A stretch of DNA of 63,659 nt, filler included, from Choristocarpus tenellus KU-1152 (GCA_964200185.2; 12 parts of 12 records of this genome joined end to end with filler, not necessarily neighbours in it); one strand, 5' to 3'; numbered from the whole stretch's first letter, positions 1 to 11,776 are shown. Made by a program: numbers and translations. Notes: a model not told the origin generated them from the letters alone.

Positions 1-26
1 CCCCCCCACCCCAGATACTTTGACCC
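1..26. mobile_element. Terminal inverted repeat of poly-C/G subfamily (family B) of Sola2-like non-autonomous elements
   Basis: poly-C + AGATACTTTGACCC; the same terminus, in either orientation, is at 11283, 11338, 11573, 25798, 31939, 37764, 45237/45415, 51132 and 60430. Confidence 0.75.
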
Positions 27-1240
27 TAGACCGTGGGGCTAGTTATGTCCCTGTTTGTCATGGTTGTGTCCCTGCTTGTCATGGGTGAGACAGGTGAAGG
101 TAAGAGGGTGCTATACTTGTTTGAAGACATGGTGTTGGTATTTGAGAAATATCCACTCCTTTAAAAAAAAATTCAGTGTGTGTGATTTAAGAAAAAAAAT
201 AGCATGCAGTTGGCCATACGTCTCCTCAAAAAACAAAAAAAAACTGTTGGTGGTATATGTACAGTTGGTTTGTTGTTGGCACTGGAGAAAAGAGACTGAA
301 GGTAAGAGACTTACTTACCTATTGATGTGAACAGTATTAATGTTACTATGTTGGTAGAGGGGAAAAAGGAAAAAGTCCCATATATGTGTATATTAATAGT
401 AGTATATATTTATACATGCACTTAGAAGAGTGTGTATGGAACAGTCAGGAACCAGTCTACTAGTTTGGGGGGGGGGGGATTGGAAATTTCTTTGTCTAGT
501 TGGCTACTTCCGTCTGTGATTGTTGTCAGTATCCCCGTAAGAGCGATATTCTTCTGAGTCTTGTAGACCTTTCAAGGCATTGGGATGGTGTGAGTATTGC
601 TTTCAAACGTCTCTAGTACTTGATTCATTTCACTGTGATAGCTGCACTTCTTTTCTGCCTCATAGCAATTCTGCATTTGCTGACCTATTTTCAAACACCA
701 TCAGATTCTTTCTTTTGGTAAGACGGACATCTTTTGACAACAATGGACGTCTTCTGACTGACGTCTGTGCCTAGAGCGTGTAGCTGGAAGGGCTCTGACT
801 GGGAATTTCAAATTGAGGTCTCGGTTTTTGTCTTTTTTTTTTAGAGGTCCTCTTCTGTCGTTCCCCAGACTGCAAATGTCGCTTGAATGTGATATTTGAA
901 CTGACCAATTAGAGTCCTTCCTTCGCAATGGTGGTAAAATCGTGTTTTTTAATTTGTTGCTTGGACCAAGTTTTATCTTATATTATTCAAATCAGTGGAA
1001 CAGCACACCTGCTTATAGGTAGTAAGTACATAGTAGTAGTATGTAACAATAGTACATAGTAGGTGTCAGTGCTCTCCATCTTGTGCATATGGGTGGGTTT
1101 ATCGTGGTGATAGTTACAACAATCAGTCGGCTTTGTCTCTAGCCACAGCTGTTAAACACCCACCTATATTCTTGAGTGTAATTTTTGTTTGTGTTGAGGG
1201 TTTTGATTGGTGTATAGAGTTTTTTGGAAGTGAGTTCCGA

Positions 1241-1479
1241 GTGTGTGTGTATGTGTATGTGTGTGTGTATGTGTGTGTGTATATGTGTGTGTATGTATGT
1301 GTGTGTGTATGTGTGTATGTGTGTGTATGTATGTGTGTATGTGTGTTATGTATGTGTGTATGTGTGTGTATGTGTGTATGTGTGTGTATGTATGTGTGTA
1401 TGTGTGTATATGTATGTGTGTGTATGTGTGTGTATGTGTATGTATGTGTATGTATGTGTGTATGTATATGTATGTATAT
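1241..1479. repeat. Compound (TG)n/(TATG)n microsatellite
   Basis: Seen directly; accounts for the V/C/Y/M-rich ORFs here. Confidence 0.97.
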
Positions 1480-2041
1480 GTTGTTTGCCAAGATGAATCG
1501 ATACAAGGTCCCTATCGTTTTGTTACTCCTTGAAAAGAACAGAAGGGTTGTGTAGTGAATTTATTTACTTCTTTTTTTTTGTACATGTGAATATTCGATT
1601 CGTTTGTTGCGTAAAAATATTAAAATATTAGGAGAGGTAAAATGATTTTTATACATCGATGGTTGTTTTGCACATATAATTTTTTACTGATTCTTACTTT
1701 TTTGTTGTTGTTGTTGATGATGTTGTGGACTGACTGTTGGACTAGAGGGGACAGGATGGAGATAGATGGCCAGATGAGTCCCCTCGTGGCAGTGGGAGTG
1801 AGAGTGCTTTTCCTGATCAGGCGGGAATCCGGTCCGGAGGGGGTGTAAGAGTAAGAGGGTAAGTACGAGTGAGTTTTATTCTTTATTTTTTTCATCTTAA
1901 GAAAATAATAGTTTTTTTTTTAGAGTGTGTTGTCCCCCCAGGCGTGTCCGTTGAACCTACCCTGCTTTTCCACAACGCGTTGGCTGTTTATCTTGTTGTG
2001 TTGTGTTGTGCTGTGTTGCGTTTTGTTGTGTTGCGTTGCAG

Positions 2042-2203
2042 GGGCGCATCTCCTGCAGTACGTGAGTACTACTTCACCATTGGTTCGGTAGACTCTTTTG
2101 AGCGAAAGCTGGAGGAGGCGCAGAGGGACCTTGGCATCAAACCAAGGGACTTTGTCCCTGTGCAATACGTGACGGAGACTGACTGGGGCACTCACATTGG
2201 AAG
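2042..2203 (+). CDS. AFG3: Internal exon of mitochondrial m-AAA protease (AFG3/paraplegin/FtsH3-10 type), intermembrane-space domain
   Basis: Acceptor TTGCAG at 2036-2041; encodes YYFTIGSVDSFERKLEEAQRDLGIKPRDFVPVQYVTETDW, a signature m-AAA segment; probable GC donor AG|GCGAGA. A possible upstream exon at about 1746-1844 is uncertain. Confidence 0.85.
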
Positions 2204-2505
2204 GCGAGAACATTGAAGTTTTTGTTATATGTTTGGTTTGTTTGGTTTTGTAGGTTGAGTTGTCTACTGTTTACACACATGTACCCTTTTTTGTCAAGAA
2301 ATAATATTAAAAAAGGTGATTGAAACAATATTCGTGTAATAAATAAATACCCTGTTGTTAGTTATTGTTGATATGCTTTCTAGTTAAAAAATGGTAAGTA
2401 CGGAGTGTGGAGGGGGGGGGGGGGGGGGGGGTTTGGTGTGGGGGGGGGGGGGGGTGTGGGTGGTGGGGTTGTGGGGGTGGGGGTCTCTGAGTGGAAGGGG
2501 GGGGG

Positions 2506-2605
2506 NNNNNNNNNNNNNNNNNNNNNNNNNNNNNNNNNNNNNNNNNNNNTTAATTAATTAANNNNNNNNNNNNNNNNNNNNNNNNNNNNNNNNNNNNNNN
2601 NNNNN
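2506..2605. other. Artificial contig-joining linker (44N + TTAATTAATTAA + 44N), first of 11
   Basis: Identical 100-bp spacer with stops in all six frames at 2506-2605, 6862-6961, 11358-11457, 15602-15701, 20997-21096, 25826-25925, 31957-32056, 37280-37379, 41767-41866, 51228-51327 and 54566-54665. Confidence 0.98.
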
Positions 2606-2988
2606 CCCCCCGAACAAAAGATGAATACAATCCAATCCCACCATTGTCATCCTGCGCACCCATAGCCTACAAAATTAAAATAAAATTAACATGCTGTCGC
2701 AGCAAAGTGTTTGAGTCACCAATACTGAACGGAGGAAGTAACTCGTATTTTTTCATGTTTAAAAAAAAATATATATATATATATATTTTATTTTTTTTAC
2801 ACACTCATTCCGAAAGATCCCTCCTCAATCGTTTTGTGTATGCGTGTCCTACATACAGTTGTCCTCCATACAGTTGGTCTGTTGTAAGGAGGTACAAAAT
2901 TGCAACCATTTACTCGAGAAACCACTCTTCATGCACTACTTGCGCAAAGTGGGTTTTCTTCTCAATCACTCTTCCAGCAGTCCCAAGA

Positions 2989-3076
2989 TAGGGTTAGGGT
3001 TAGGTTAGGGTTAAGTTAGGGTTAGGTTAGGGCTAAGTAAGGGTTAGGTTAGGGTTAAGTTAGAGTTAGGGTTAGG
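2989..3076 (+). repeat. Interstitial telomere-like (TTAGGG/TTAGG) tract
   Basis: Degenerate array gggttagggttaggttagggttaagttagggttagg... Confidence 0.85.
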
Positions 3077-3801
3077 ACCCACTACAGGACGCCCAGATTG
3101 AGTTGTGATGAATTTCCATTAACCGACTTCATGCGGGTGAACTGAGTCTACTAACAGAGACCTAAAAATGAGGTATGTGACCTGCCCTATGTGGAACTTA
3201 ACACCAACTTTTTTATCTCTGCCCATGCCCTTCAAAACGTACTGTTTCAATTAATGACTACTTGCACTGGTGAATCAAGATAAATATCGGCATGTTCTAA
3301 CCTTAGCTTTTTTTTCTTATTTTCCTTTCGAAGGGTTGTGATTCTTTATCGATGAAGTATGTGGATTCATGCACTTCCAATTCCAATATATTAATATATA
3401 TATAAAAGGAAACACACACACACTTTCACACACACACTGTGGTAGCACCCAGAGCCCAGCTATGTAGTCCACTGCAGTAGGGGTAGTGTTCAGGGTCAAG
3501 GTAATCAATCGCTGCAGGAAACAAGTTACATTATTGTATTATATATTATGTTAGACTATATACTATATTATATTTTTATTTTGTTATGCAATACGTTATG
3601 TATGTTATATGTTATGATGATGAGAGACTTCAGTATCACAACTCTTCCCATATGTACATCAGAAAAATATATATTTATGTATATATCCATTTCCAAGACA
3701 CTTCTGGAAGTCAGGTCACACACCCCCACTGGTTGGTTGAACAAACACCTCAAGAAAATTAAAGGAAAATCAATACCACAGACACACATCGTCACAAAAA
3801 A

Positions 3802-3980
3802 TACACACATACATACATACATACATAAATACATAAATACATACATACACACATAAATACATACATACATACACACATACTTACATACATACACACACAC
3901 ATACATACATACATACATACATACATACATACATACATACATACACACACATACATACACACATATACATATATACACAT
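3802..3980. repeat. (TACA)n/(CA)n microsatellite
   Basis: Seen directly. Confidence 0.97.
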
Positions 3981-4099
3981 TTCACAAGTAGAGCCCCCAC
4001 AGTTGTCCTTCTCACATAAATCATCATTCAGTCAAGACAGTGGTACAATAGACCAACCTATACCTTCTCAGCAACAAGGACGAAATGATGTCCACTTGG

Positions 4100-4278
4100 C
4101 CCACATCTCTTTGTTTTTCTCCTCACTTGTTTTGTCCCCTTCGAACAATATAGAAACCCACATCTCTTTGTTTTTCTCCTCACTTGTTTTGTCCCCTTCG
4201 CACAATATAGAAACCCACATCTCTTTCTTTTTCTCCTCACTTGTTTTGTCCCCTTCGCACAATACAGAAACCCACATC
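4100..4278. repeat. 57-bp tandem minisatellite, about 3.1 copies
   Basis: Unit CCCACATCTCTTTGTTTTTCTCCTCAC... starts at 4100, 4157, 4214 and 4271 (partial). Confidence 0.95.
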
Positions 4279-4489
4279 GAACCGCTAACGCTAACACGTC
4301 CCACACCAGCCCCGAGCCACACACAACAAGTCTTTCACCAGCTTGTCACTAGAAGACATAATAATAATAATAAAAACAATAATAATAATAATAATAATAA
4401 TAACAACACCCAGCAAAAAAAAACTAAAAAAGAGAAACAAAAATGCCATCTGCACACTACCAACACAACTGATGACCGTTTTGACTCGC

Positions 4490-4608
4490 CTGTGTACGTA
4501 GATAACATTCTCGGCAAACGAGAAGGACCCCAAGGCATTCTTCTCATCTGCAGACGCCTCCTCCCCTAGCAAACCCAGCGTCGCATCCGCCGGACAAGCA
4601 AACACGAC
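4490..4608 (-). CDS. Internal exon of FAD/NAD-binding amine-oxidase-like oxidoreductase (type often associated with cyclopropane fatty acid synthase)
   Basis: Acceptor CTGCGCAG; encodes VVFACPADATLGLLGEEASADEKNALGSFSFAENVIYVH, resembling the VVFACHADQAL..L....E...LG.F.Y..N..VLH(T/S)D family segment; donor AG|GCGAGT. Confidence 0.72.
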
Positions 4609-4619
4609 CTGCGCAGGCG

Positions 4620-4654
<35 letters not shown>

Positions 4655-5762
4655 GATTGCCGGGCGGAGGAGAGGCGGTAGAGACAGTGAGATTTCTTCT
4701 ACACCTGCGTCACCCAAGGCCTGAACATGAACACCTAGGTAATTTAACGCAAGCCTACCTTTCAACTGTCTGTATACTCTAGACGCAGGACTCGACTAGA
4801 CTACACTCCGGGCAGACGCTTCTTTCGTACACCAAACTAACTAACTAACTAATTAATTAACCAACCAACTAACTAATTAACTAACCAACTAACTAATTAA
4901 CTACTTAACTAACAAACTAGATAGATAGATAGATACATACATACATACATAGATACATACATAGATACATACATATATGTGTGCTCAAGCGTACTCTTGA
5001 CATTGATCATTCCCACCACTTGGGTACCACTATTGAAAGACAGCGGCAGCAGTCTCTGCCACTTGAAGGAAGGAGTGCCATCCACAACCAAAAACTAGAT
5101 TTAAAAAAAATGAAAAAAACATGTAACAACCTGGCATCCACTTCATTTCCGAAATAATTATCTACTGAGATGCATCCACACTGCAGCAGCTGTACCACGA
5201 GGCTGCTTATGAATATCAATAGTAGGTAGTAGTAGGTAGTAATATCGCATGACTTGATACCCCTGTCGTACAGTGGAATCTCATTGATAAGGGTGTGGAA
5301 GGTTGAGGGTTCAAACCCAAACTGGAATGCTCTCTCTACAGTAAGGAGGGAGGATTAAGACCACATTGAGAGAGATGGACAGAAAACAAGGGAGGACATC
5401 TCTTACGGCATTCTCCTAATGATGGCAAAACCTATCTCAAGTGAAAAAAAAAATAATAATACCAAAAAATAAAAAAAATAAAAAAATAAATCAATATTTA
5501 AAACGGGATGGGAACGGGACTTGAAAAATAATAGCACAAAATAACGGAAACGTTGGAATGATAGGGTATTCAGGAACAGCCCCCTTCTAAAACACAATAT
5601 TCTATTTTTTTCTTTTGTGGTTTGCAGACGCGAGGAACGCCTTCCAAAAAAAAGGAAGTGGAAAAAATTAATGATAATAATAAAATAGATATTTAGACGT
5701 TCGAAGTACAACATCAATTTATTTTTATTTATGCCTTTATTGGAATGGGTGTGCCTGTCATT

Positions 5763-5921
5763 GGTGCCAGAGCTAACCATGGGCATGAGCTCCACTGATG
5801 ACAGGTGCCAGAGCTAACCATAGACACGGGCTCCACTGATGACAGGTGCCAGAGCTAACCTTGGACATGAGCTCCACTGATATCAGGTGCCAGAGCTAAC
5901 CTTGGACATGATGGGCTCCAC
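5763..5921. repeat. 41-bp tandem minisatellite, about 4 copies
   Basis: GTGCCAGAGCTAACC recurs at 5764, 5805, 5846 and 5887. Confidence 0.95.
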
Positions 5922-6961
5922 CGGTTGTCTCCATAGTAGCATTTTCCCATTCCACCCTCTGACAAGGCCTTGCTCACCTCACGTCCACAACTCAAAAAAA
6001 AAAATCTTAGGAGATGCGGCCTTCATTGGAAAAGAGCTCGCAGAAGGAGATAGATGACCTCTCACGTCCATAAAGAGCACCCCATCCTCTGATTCTTGTC
6101 TAAATAATGCTCATGTTTTTTGGTCTATCACTCCACTACTGGGGCAAAGTAAGTATACCGTGGCATGCTGTTGTATCCTGGTATTACGGTACATTAGTAC
6201 ATTAACCCTATCTTTGACTCAGGTTGAGAAAAATATATATATACATATGTATCATGACATTTTTTTTGCTCCCCTCTAAATCTCCCCCCCAAAAATGCTT
6301 TTTTTGCATCAAATCTTTTCTTTTTGAAGTGTTCTTACGTGAACCCCAACAATAACATGACAGTAAAATGAACTTACCGATAATCATCCCGACTCGCCTC
6401 CAGGAAAACACACTCCTTTGGTAGTACAAAAATACATCATGATAAAATAAATGTACAGCATACTGAGCCCCCCTGCAGATGTATATCGGCAAGAGACCCC
6501 CCCCCGCCCCCCTTCCCCCCCCCCCAGCCATCACCATGAACAACCAATGAAAGACAATGCCGTCATCATAATTTGTTGACTGTGTTGAAAATAGTAGGTA
6601 TGACAGAGACTTTTACTGTCAAAATCCGAACTGCAACTCTACTGCCAAAGACATGACTCCCACCATGGACCAGAACGTACCCTGGGGGGTTGTACAAAGA
6701 TTGCTGTACCGCTTACTACTCTACTGTTGTAACTATTTTCTTGTATATGGTCATAATGTTGTTTTGGCAAAGCCGAACCCCGCTACCATGGAAGTTCCCT
6801 CCGAAACCGTTTTTTTTTTTTTTTTTTTTTAAAGGATAGTGAGTGTTGTAGTTGTTATTATNNNNNNNNNNNNNNNNNNNNNNNNNNNNNNNNNNNNNNN
6901 NNNNNTTAATTAATTAANNNNNNNNNNNNNNNNNNNNNNNNNNNNNNNNNNNNNNNNNNNN

Positions 6962-7528
6962 CTTTCCACCGCAAAGGTGTTGAGGTTATAACTACGAGGA
7001 TCAAAGGAGTCCTCTATTGGTAATATTAGTATTGTATCTTATTATTATTTCCTTTTAACACATTTTACAAGAATGTCACAGGAAAAACCAAAGAAAACCA
7101 TTTAAATTCGTCACAAGAACCTTTCTTTAAACAAGTAGGAGTTGTCGTAAATGTGAAGGCATTAGTCTATTTACTACGAGTATTTTATTACCAGGTATGG
7201 TACACCACTCCCTTTGTGTGCCTCCAACCTAGCTTAGTCCTGCACCCCAAGGTTAGAAGCTAGGGAAGTATCCCAAGCATCTAACAAGTCCCTCCTTGCC
7301 CATCATCTCCCTGGTGTCTCCAGCTTATAACGCATGGCACGTCTAGATAGGGCCACTTGTGTTGTGACAAAGACTATTTGTGGTAGACGGTGCTTGAACG
7401 TCCCTTTCCTCCAGTAGTCTCCTCTCCCTCTCCCCTGTACGGCTTGCGCAGCTAACTCATCCAGAAAAATTTCTGCTTGCTTACCAAGACGCCCAAAACT
7501 TCCACCATCATGAAGGTGTTGAGGTTTA
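6962..7528 (-). mobile_element. Two tandem 3' fragments of a non-LTR retrotransposon with restriction-like endonuclease (CRE-like)
   Basis: Minus strand about 7500-7240 reads SFGRLGKQAEIFLDELAAQAVQGRGRGDYWRKGTFKHRLPQIVFVTTQVALSRRAMRYKL. 7012-6962 reads DSFDPRSYNLNTFAVE, the segment preceding SFGRLG (VExxG motif of RLE domains). Confidence 0.7.
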
Positions 7529-7963
7529 TAGTATTATCTTGTCCTCTTAACATTTTGGAGGTGTCTCACAGGAAAACTGATGAAAAGTCAGTTCAAAATC
7601 ACAACCCCTCTGCAAACAGTTAATAAATGTGAGATATTTTTCTATCATCTATTGACTATTTTTCTAACAAGTAGAATATATGATGGTTATGTTGTTTAGT
7701 AGTACTAGAACAGTATAGTGGTAGTGGGTGGTGATATGTAGTAACCAAGAAATGTTTGTCCTCTTGTAATATATTAGTGGGTATCTCTGAAGAAACTAGT
7801 TTGCCTTTCACCCAGATTCTTAAGGTGCAGGTTACACAGTACAGGACATGGAGGTAGGATAGTGGATTTATACCTCACATCCCCGTCTGGTTCTGGGGTG
7901 TGGAGTCTTGGTCTGCGGTCCTAAACCAGGCACCAACACCAAGCCCTTAGCGTTATCTCGATC

Positions 7964-10049
7964 ATGAACGGGAGTCCTATAGGACCAATGGTTGTTCTTC
8001 TCTTGGCATTTCTTGTTCACCTGCACCCTGCTAATTGTGTCAGTTTCCCTGTCCGAAGCTACGATGGGACCAACAACAATGTAGACTTCTCCAAGTGGGG
8101 CTCTGTTGGATCTAATCAGGTAAGATTCGAGTCGAACAGCATGGATGGTAAAAACTCCTCTCTTCCTGATGGTTGGTACTTTTCCTAACCTTCTCGAGAA
8201 TATGTCCTTCCTAAGCTATCCTTTTCCTCTTCACTGATTGATTGTTGCTCTCTCATTTTCCTTCTACAACTAATTCACGCAACCCATGGCAGCTTCGCAG
8301 CATTGCTTGGGCAGACTACGAGGATGGGATATCCAGTCCTCCAGGAAGTAGCCGTCCTACGGCAAGGTGATACACTACGTAGTCTTTAGATATACAGCTC
8401 ATCCCATTTTGTCAGGCGCCTTTAATGTGGTCTGTTGTTCAGGTACGTGGAGGTCCTTTTTTTGAGGATCAGGGACCCCAACACATTTGTATATTCATTG
8501 CACTCTTCGGGAAGCTGCAGAGTGCAAACGACAGAGGATACAACCCTGTCCTTTTACCCTTCCAAAAAACCACCAGGAAAGTGCTGTCTGAAGTGTTCCT
8601 GGCTGCCCCCACTTCAGGCTCCCCAAGCAGCGCCCTCTTCCCCGCATGGGCCATGCTACTCGGCTTTGATCAAGTACTCACAAATGACAATTCCTCGGAG
8701 AGTCTGGATATATACTGCGAAGATGGTGCGGCTGACATCTGGTGTCCGTTTGGATCATTATCGGATCCCATCTCGTTCAACCGTTCAGAGAGTAGCCTAG
8801 GCGGCTCGGGGGACTCCAATGCTCGAGCCCCCATAAACTATGCTACCGCGTATTTTGATCTAGACTTCGTGTATGGGAGAGACCAAGAGAGTGCAAATGA
8901 GCTCAGGGCCATGGAAGGTGGTCTCATGACACTCGGAGACAATGGCATGCCTATGGAACTCTCCAATGGCCTGTGGCTGGTTAGTATTGGATAATGTAGG
9001 ATTGATTCAGGATTGAGGCCAACTTGCTGTTGTTGTCAGTGGCATGGCTTCCAACTTTTTGTCCACGAAACACACAAAGCTTGTAAGAAGAGTTTGCCAT
9101 AGTAAGAGGCAAGAAAAAGGGACTGTGCTGAATAATTGTGTTCACCGGCCTATCTGTTCCTGGCTCAACCAAATGGTTATCAAAGTGAGAGGTAGTACTT
9201 TTTGGGTTCAGTACCATCAGGTGCTGAGAGATGTTGAACGGGAGAGGTGGTGAGGGACACCATGTTCCCTTGATGCATCTGTAGTGCACAGGGGAGTTCC
9301 CCTGTCTTTTGGGAGCTTGAACTGTCCTTGGGGAACTCCCACTGTGCTTGGGGAACCTCCACTGCCCTACTTTTTCCCTTCATAGGGTTATTTTTAACAC
9401 ACAGATTAGGGATAGGGTTAGGCTTTCAAAAATGTGTGTCAAGAAATGAAAAAAAGTACAACATTGGGGGTTCCCCAAGGGCAGTCAGGGTTCCCAAAGA
9501 CAGGGGATCTCCACTGTGCACTGCAGCATCAATGTGTGGGGTGTTAAGTGTGAGAGATTCGAGTGTATGGAGCCCTTTTGAACGCCTTCTGAGAAACAGG
9601 ACCTCAACAGCATCACATACGCTGCTCTCTATCTAGGACCTGTCTATCATGTGCATTTTATCCCTTTATCACTACCTCATTCCCCTGCACTTATTTGCTT
9701 GTGATTTAGGTTTTGTCACTACAAACGCCTTCCTTCTCTCGTAGTCTGTCGTCGCTTCTCTCCTTCTCCTTACCCTGGCTACTCCTGCTGTGTCCCCTGC
9801 CATGGCATTCCTGCCGTATGGGAAAACGGCTCTGGTGATGGTGCAAATCTTGCTGTGCGGACTGACTGGTACATGATTTTGATCGTATCACTCTGTTCTT
9901 TACAAATATCGTTTTTTTTCAAGCTGGCGGACCAGAGGACTGCTTCCTACCCGGTGACATTCGCTCTCCACACAGTGTTACTGAGGGAGCATAACCGCTG
10001 CTGTTTGGCACTTGCCCCTGATTGGGAAGGCGTTGATGATGATGATGAG
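7964..10049 (+). CDS. Animal-type heme peroxidase family protein (peroxidase-cyclooxygenase superfamily), 5' part, with signal peptide
   Basis: In-phase GT-AG exons 7964-8119, 8293-8366, 8577-8979 and 9924-10049. Motifs RSYDGTNNN...WG, ADYEDG...RPTAR, INYATAYFDLDFVYG, ADQR and LHTVLLREHNR; hydrophobic N-terminus. Confidence 0.9.
9270..9532. mobile_element. MITE-like foldback element with about 70-bp imperfect TIRs in peroxidase intron 3
   Basis: 9270-9340 is the approximate reverse complement of 9466-9532 (GTGCACAG(G/T)GGAG(T/A)TCCCCTGTCTTT...CCTTGGGGAAC). Confidence 0.75.
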
Positions 10050-11282
10050 GTGAGAGAGTGAAGGGGAGTGAAGGATAGGGGTTGTTGTGTGGCTCAATGG
10101 TGCTGTTGCTGTGACAACATCTACCGCCCAACCACAGCACATGTGCGGTGTGCTTTTGATAGTTGTTGTCCCATACAGCTGTGCCAACAAGACTGAATGT
10201 ACTGCTTGTTGGCCTGATCCTAATGTTGTTGAGCCCATGAATCTATTCGAAAGTGATGGAGGCCTTCTTGTTTGCCTTATTGTGAGTTCGCCGGCTTTTG
10301 TTCAATGCCATGCAGAGGTGCATACATTTTGTAGGTATTGTATGGGGTTAGGCTTAGGGTGTTGAGCCACTGAGGATTAAAAATTGGGATGCATTTGAGG
10401 ATTGTATGTGAGGTAGGTTTCTGTCACAAGAGATGCTAGTGTGCACTTCAAGCAGTAGTATGATGGTACATAATGCAGTCTCTATTTGTTCAAACAGTCA
10501 TTGGAGAGACAACACTAGTCTATGACATGCAAAGGGTTTACATGGATGTAGGGAAGCGTTTGCAGATTGCGTTTGAGCATGTAGGCCAAGTGTTGTTTGG
10601 TCTCCACTTACAAAGCATGGTGGTATTGAGTCTTCATCCTCATCAGGCGTGCTCACAGAGTAGATTTTCATTTCGTTGACGTCAAACTGATTATAGAATG
10701 GAGCACGCCTCTTGGATAGGCAACTCTCAGACAGGACCTCTTTTAATGGTTCTTCTGTTTCAGTACGCGAAATGTTGTGTGAGGCTTGTCATAGGGTGAA
10801 CATAGGCTTGTCATAGGGTGAAGCAGTATGGGGAAGATGGGTGCCGCCAAAGCAGTGTCTGAGACAGCATATGTTGTTTTGTAGTGCATTGGGTTTTGGT
10901 GGAACATGTCTAAACCTTGGACAGAACTGAAGTGTCCCACGCAATAGTTTTGATGACCTACTACGCGCCCCAGAGTGCTGGAAAAAAAAAATACAATGCA
11001 TATCCCCTCTGTTTTTCCTGTTCCAGATTCATTTTTTTACAATCGAAGGTTGCGGATGGAACAGGAAAAAAAAAAAAATTACTTCCACCTGTGGCTCCTT
11101 GCCATGTGGAAGGGAAGCCTCTTAGCTTGCAATGCCTCTGTGTCGGTTGGAGTTTGTTTTTGCAAGGAATCAGCTCTAGACTATAGTAGTATACCACTTC
11201 AAAGACGGCTCTTTATTGTAGATAGTGCACCCATGCAGCTGACTCGTTCTAAATGTTTGGAGGCTTGGTGTAGAACTACTGT

Positions 11283-11357
11283 GGGTCAAAGTATCTGGGA
11301 GGGGGGGGGGGGGGGGGGGGGTGGCTGTTTTTTGGTGGGGTCAAAGAATCTGGGGGG
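11283..11357. mobile_element. Family-B TIR plus poly-G (two copies) at contig end
   Basis: GGGTCAAAGTATCTGGG... at 11283 and GGGTCAAAGAATCTGGG at 11338. Confidence 0.75.
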
Positions 11358-11457
11358 NNNNNNNNNNNNNNNNNNNNNNNNNNNNNNNNNNNNNNNNNNN
11401 NTTAATTAATTAANNNNNNNNNNNNNNNNNNNNNNNNNNNNNNNNNNNNNNNNNNNN

Positions 11458-11573
11458 GGTGTCTGGGGGGGGGGGGGCTCATATGTTTCCTCTTCCCCTC
11501 TGTCAGGGCCCCCAAAGGCCCCCCCGGTGTCCCCCCCCCCCCCCCCCCCCCCCCCCCACAGATACTTTGAGCC
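11458..11573. mobile_element. Family-B element end at contig start
   Basis: poly-C + CAGATACTTTGAGCC ending at 11573. Confidence 0.7.
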
Positions 11574-11776
11574 TTGTATGAATAATATTAATTTACTCGA
11601 GAGTAATAGCCATTGAATGCACTGCGAGTGAATAGTGGTGTATCATTTCTGTGGCACGCCTCATAGACAGAAACTATCTATGCAGAACTGTCAAACTAAT
11701 TTATCTGCGCTTTTCTTGTTAGGCTTACCTCTCTTTTTTTTAATCTGGATTTTGTGCATTCCAACTGCTTGTGAAG

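Noticed and set aside
1123-1555. ORFs rich in H/T/Y or V/C/M (also 3568-3980, 4003-4569, 44159-44454)
   Set aside because: These are translations of micro- and minisatellites.
2550-2561. Recurrent TTAATTAATTAA palindrome as a biological motif
   Set aside because: It is always centred between 44-N runs, so it is an assembly linker. Gene-cluster interpretations across linkers are rejected for the same reason.
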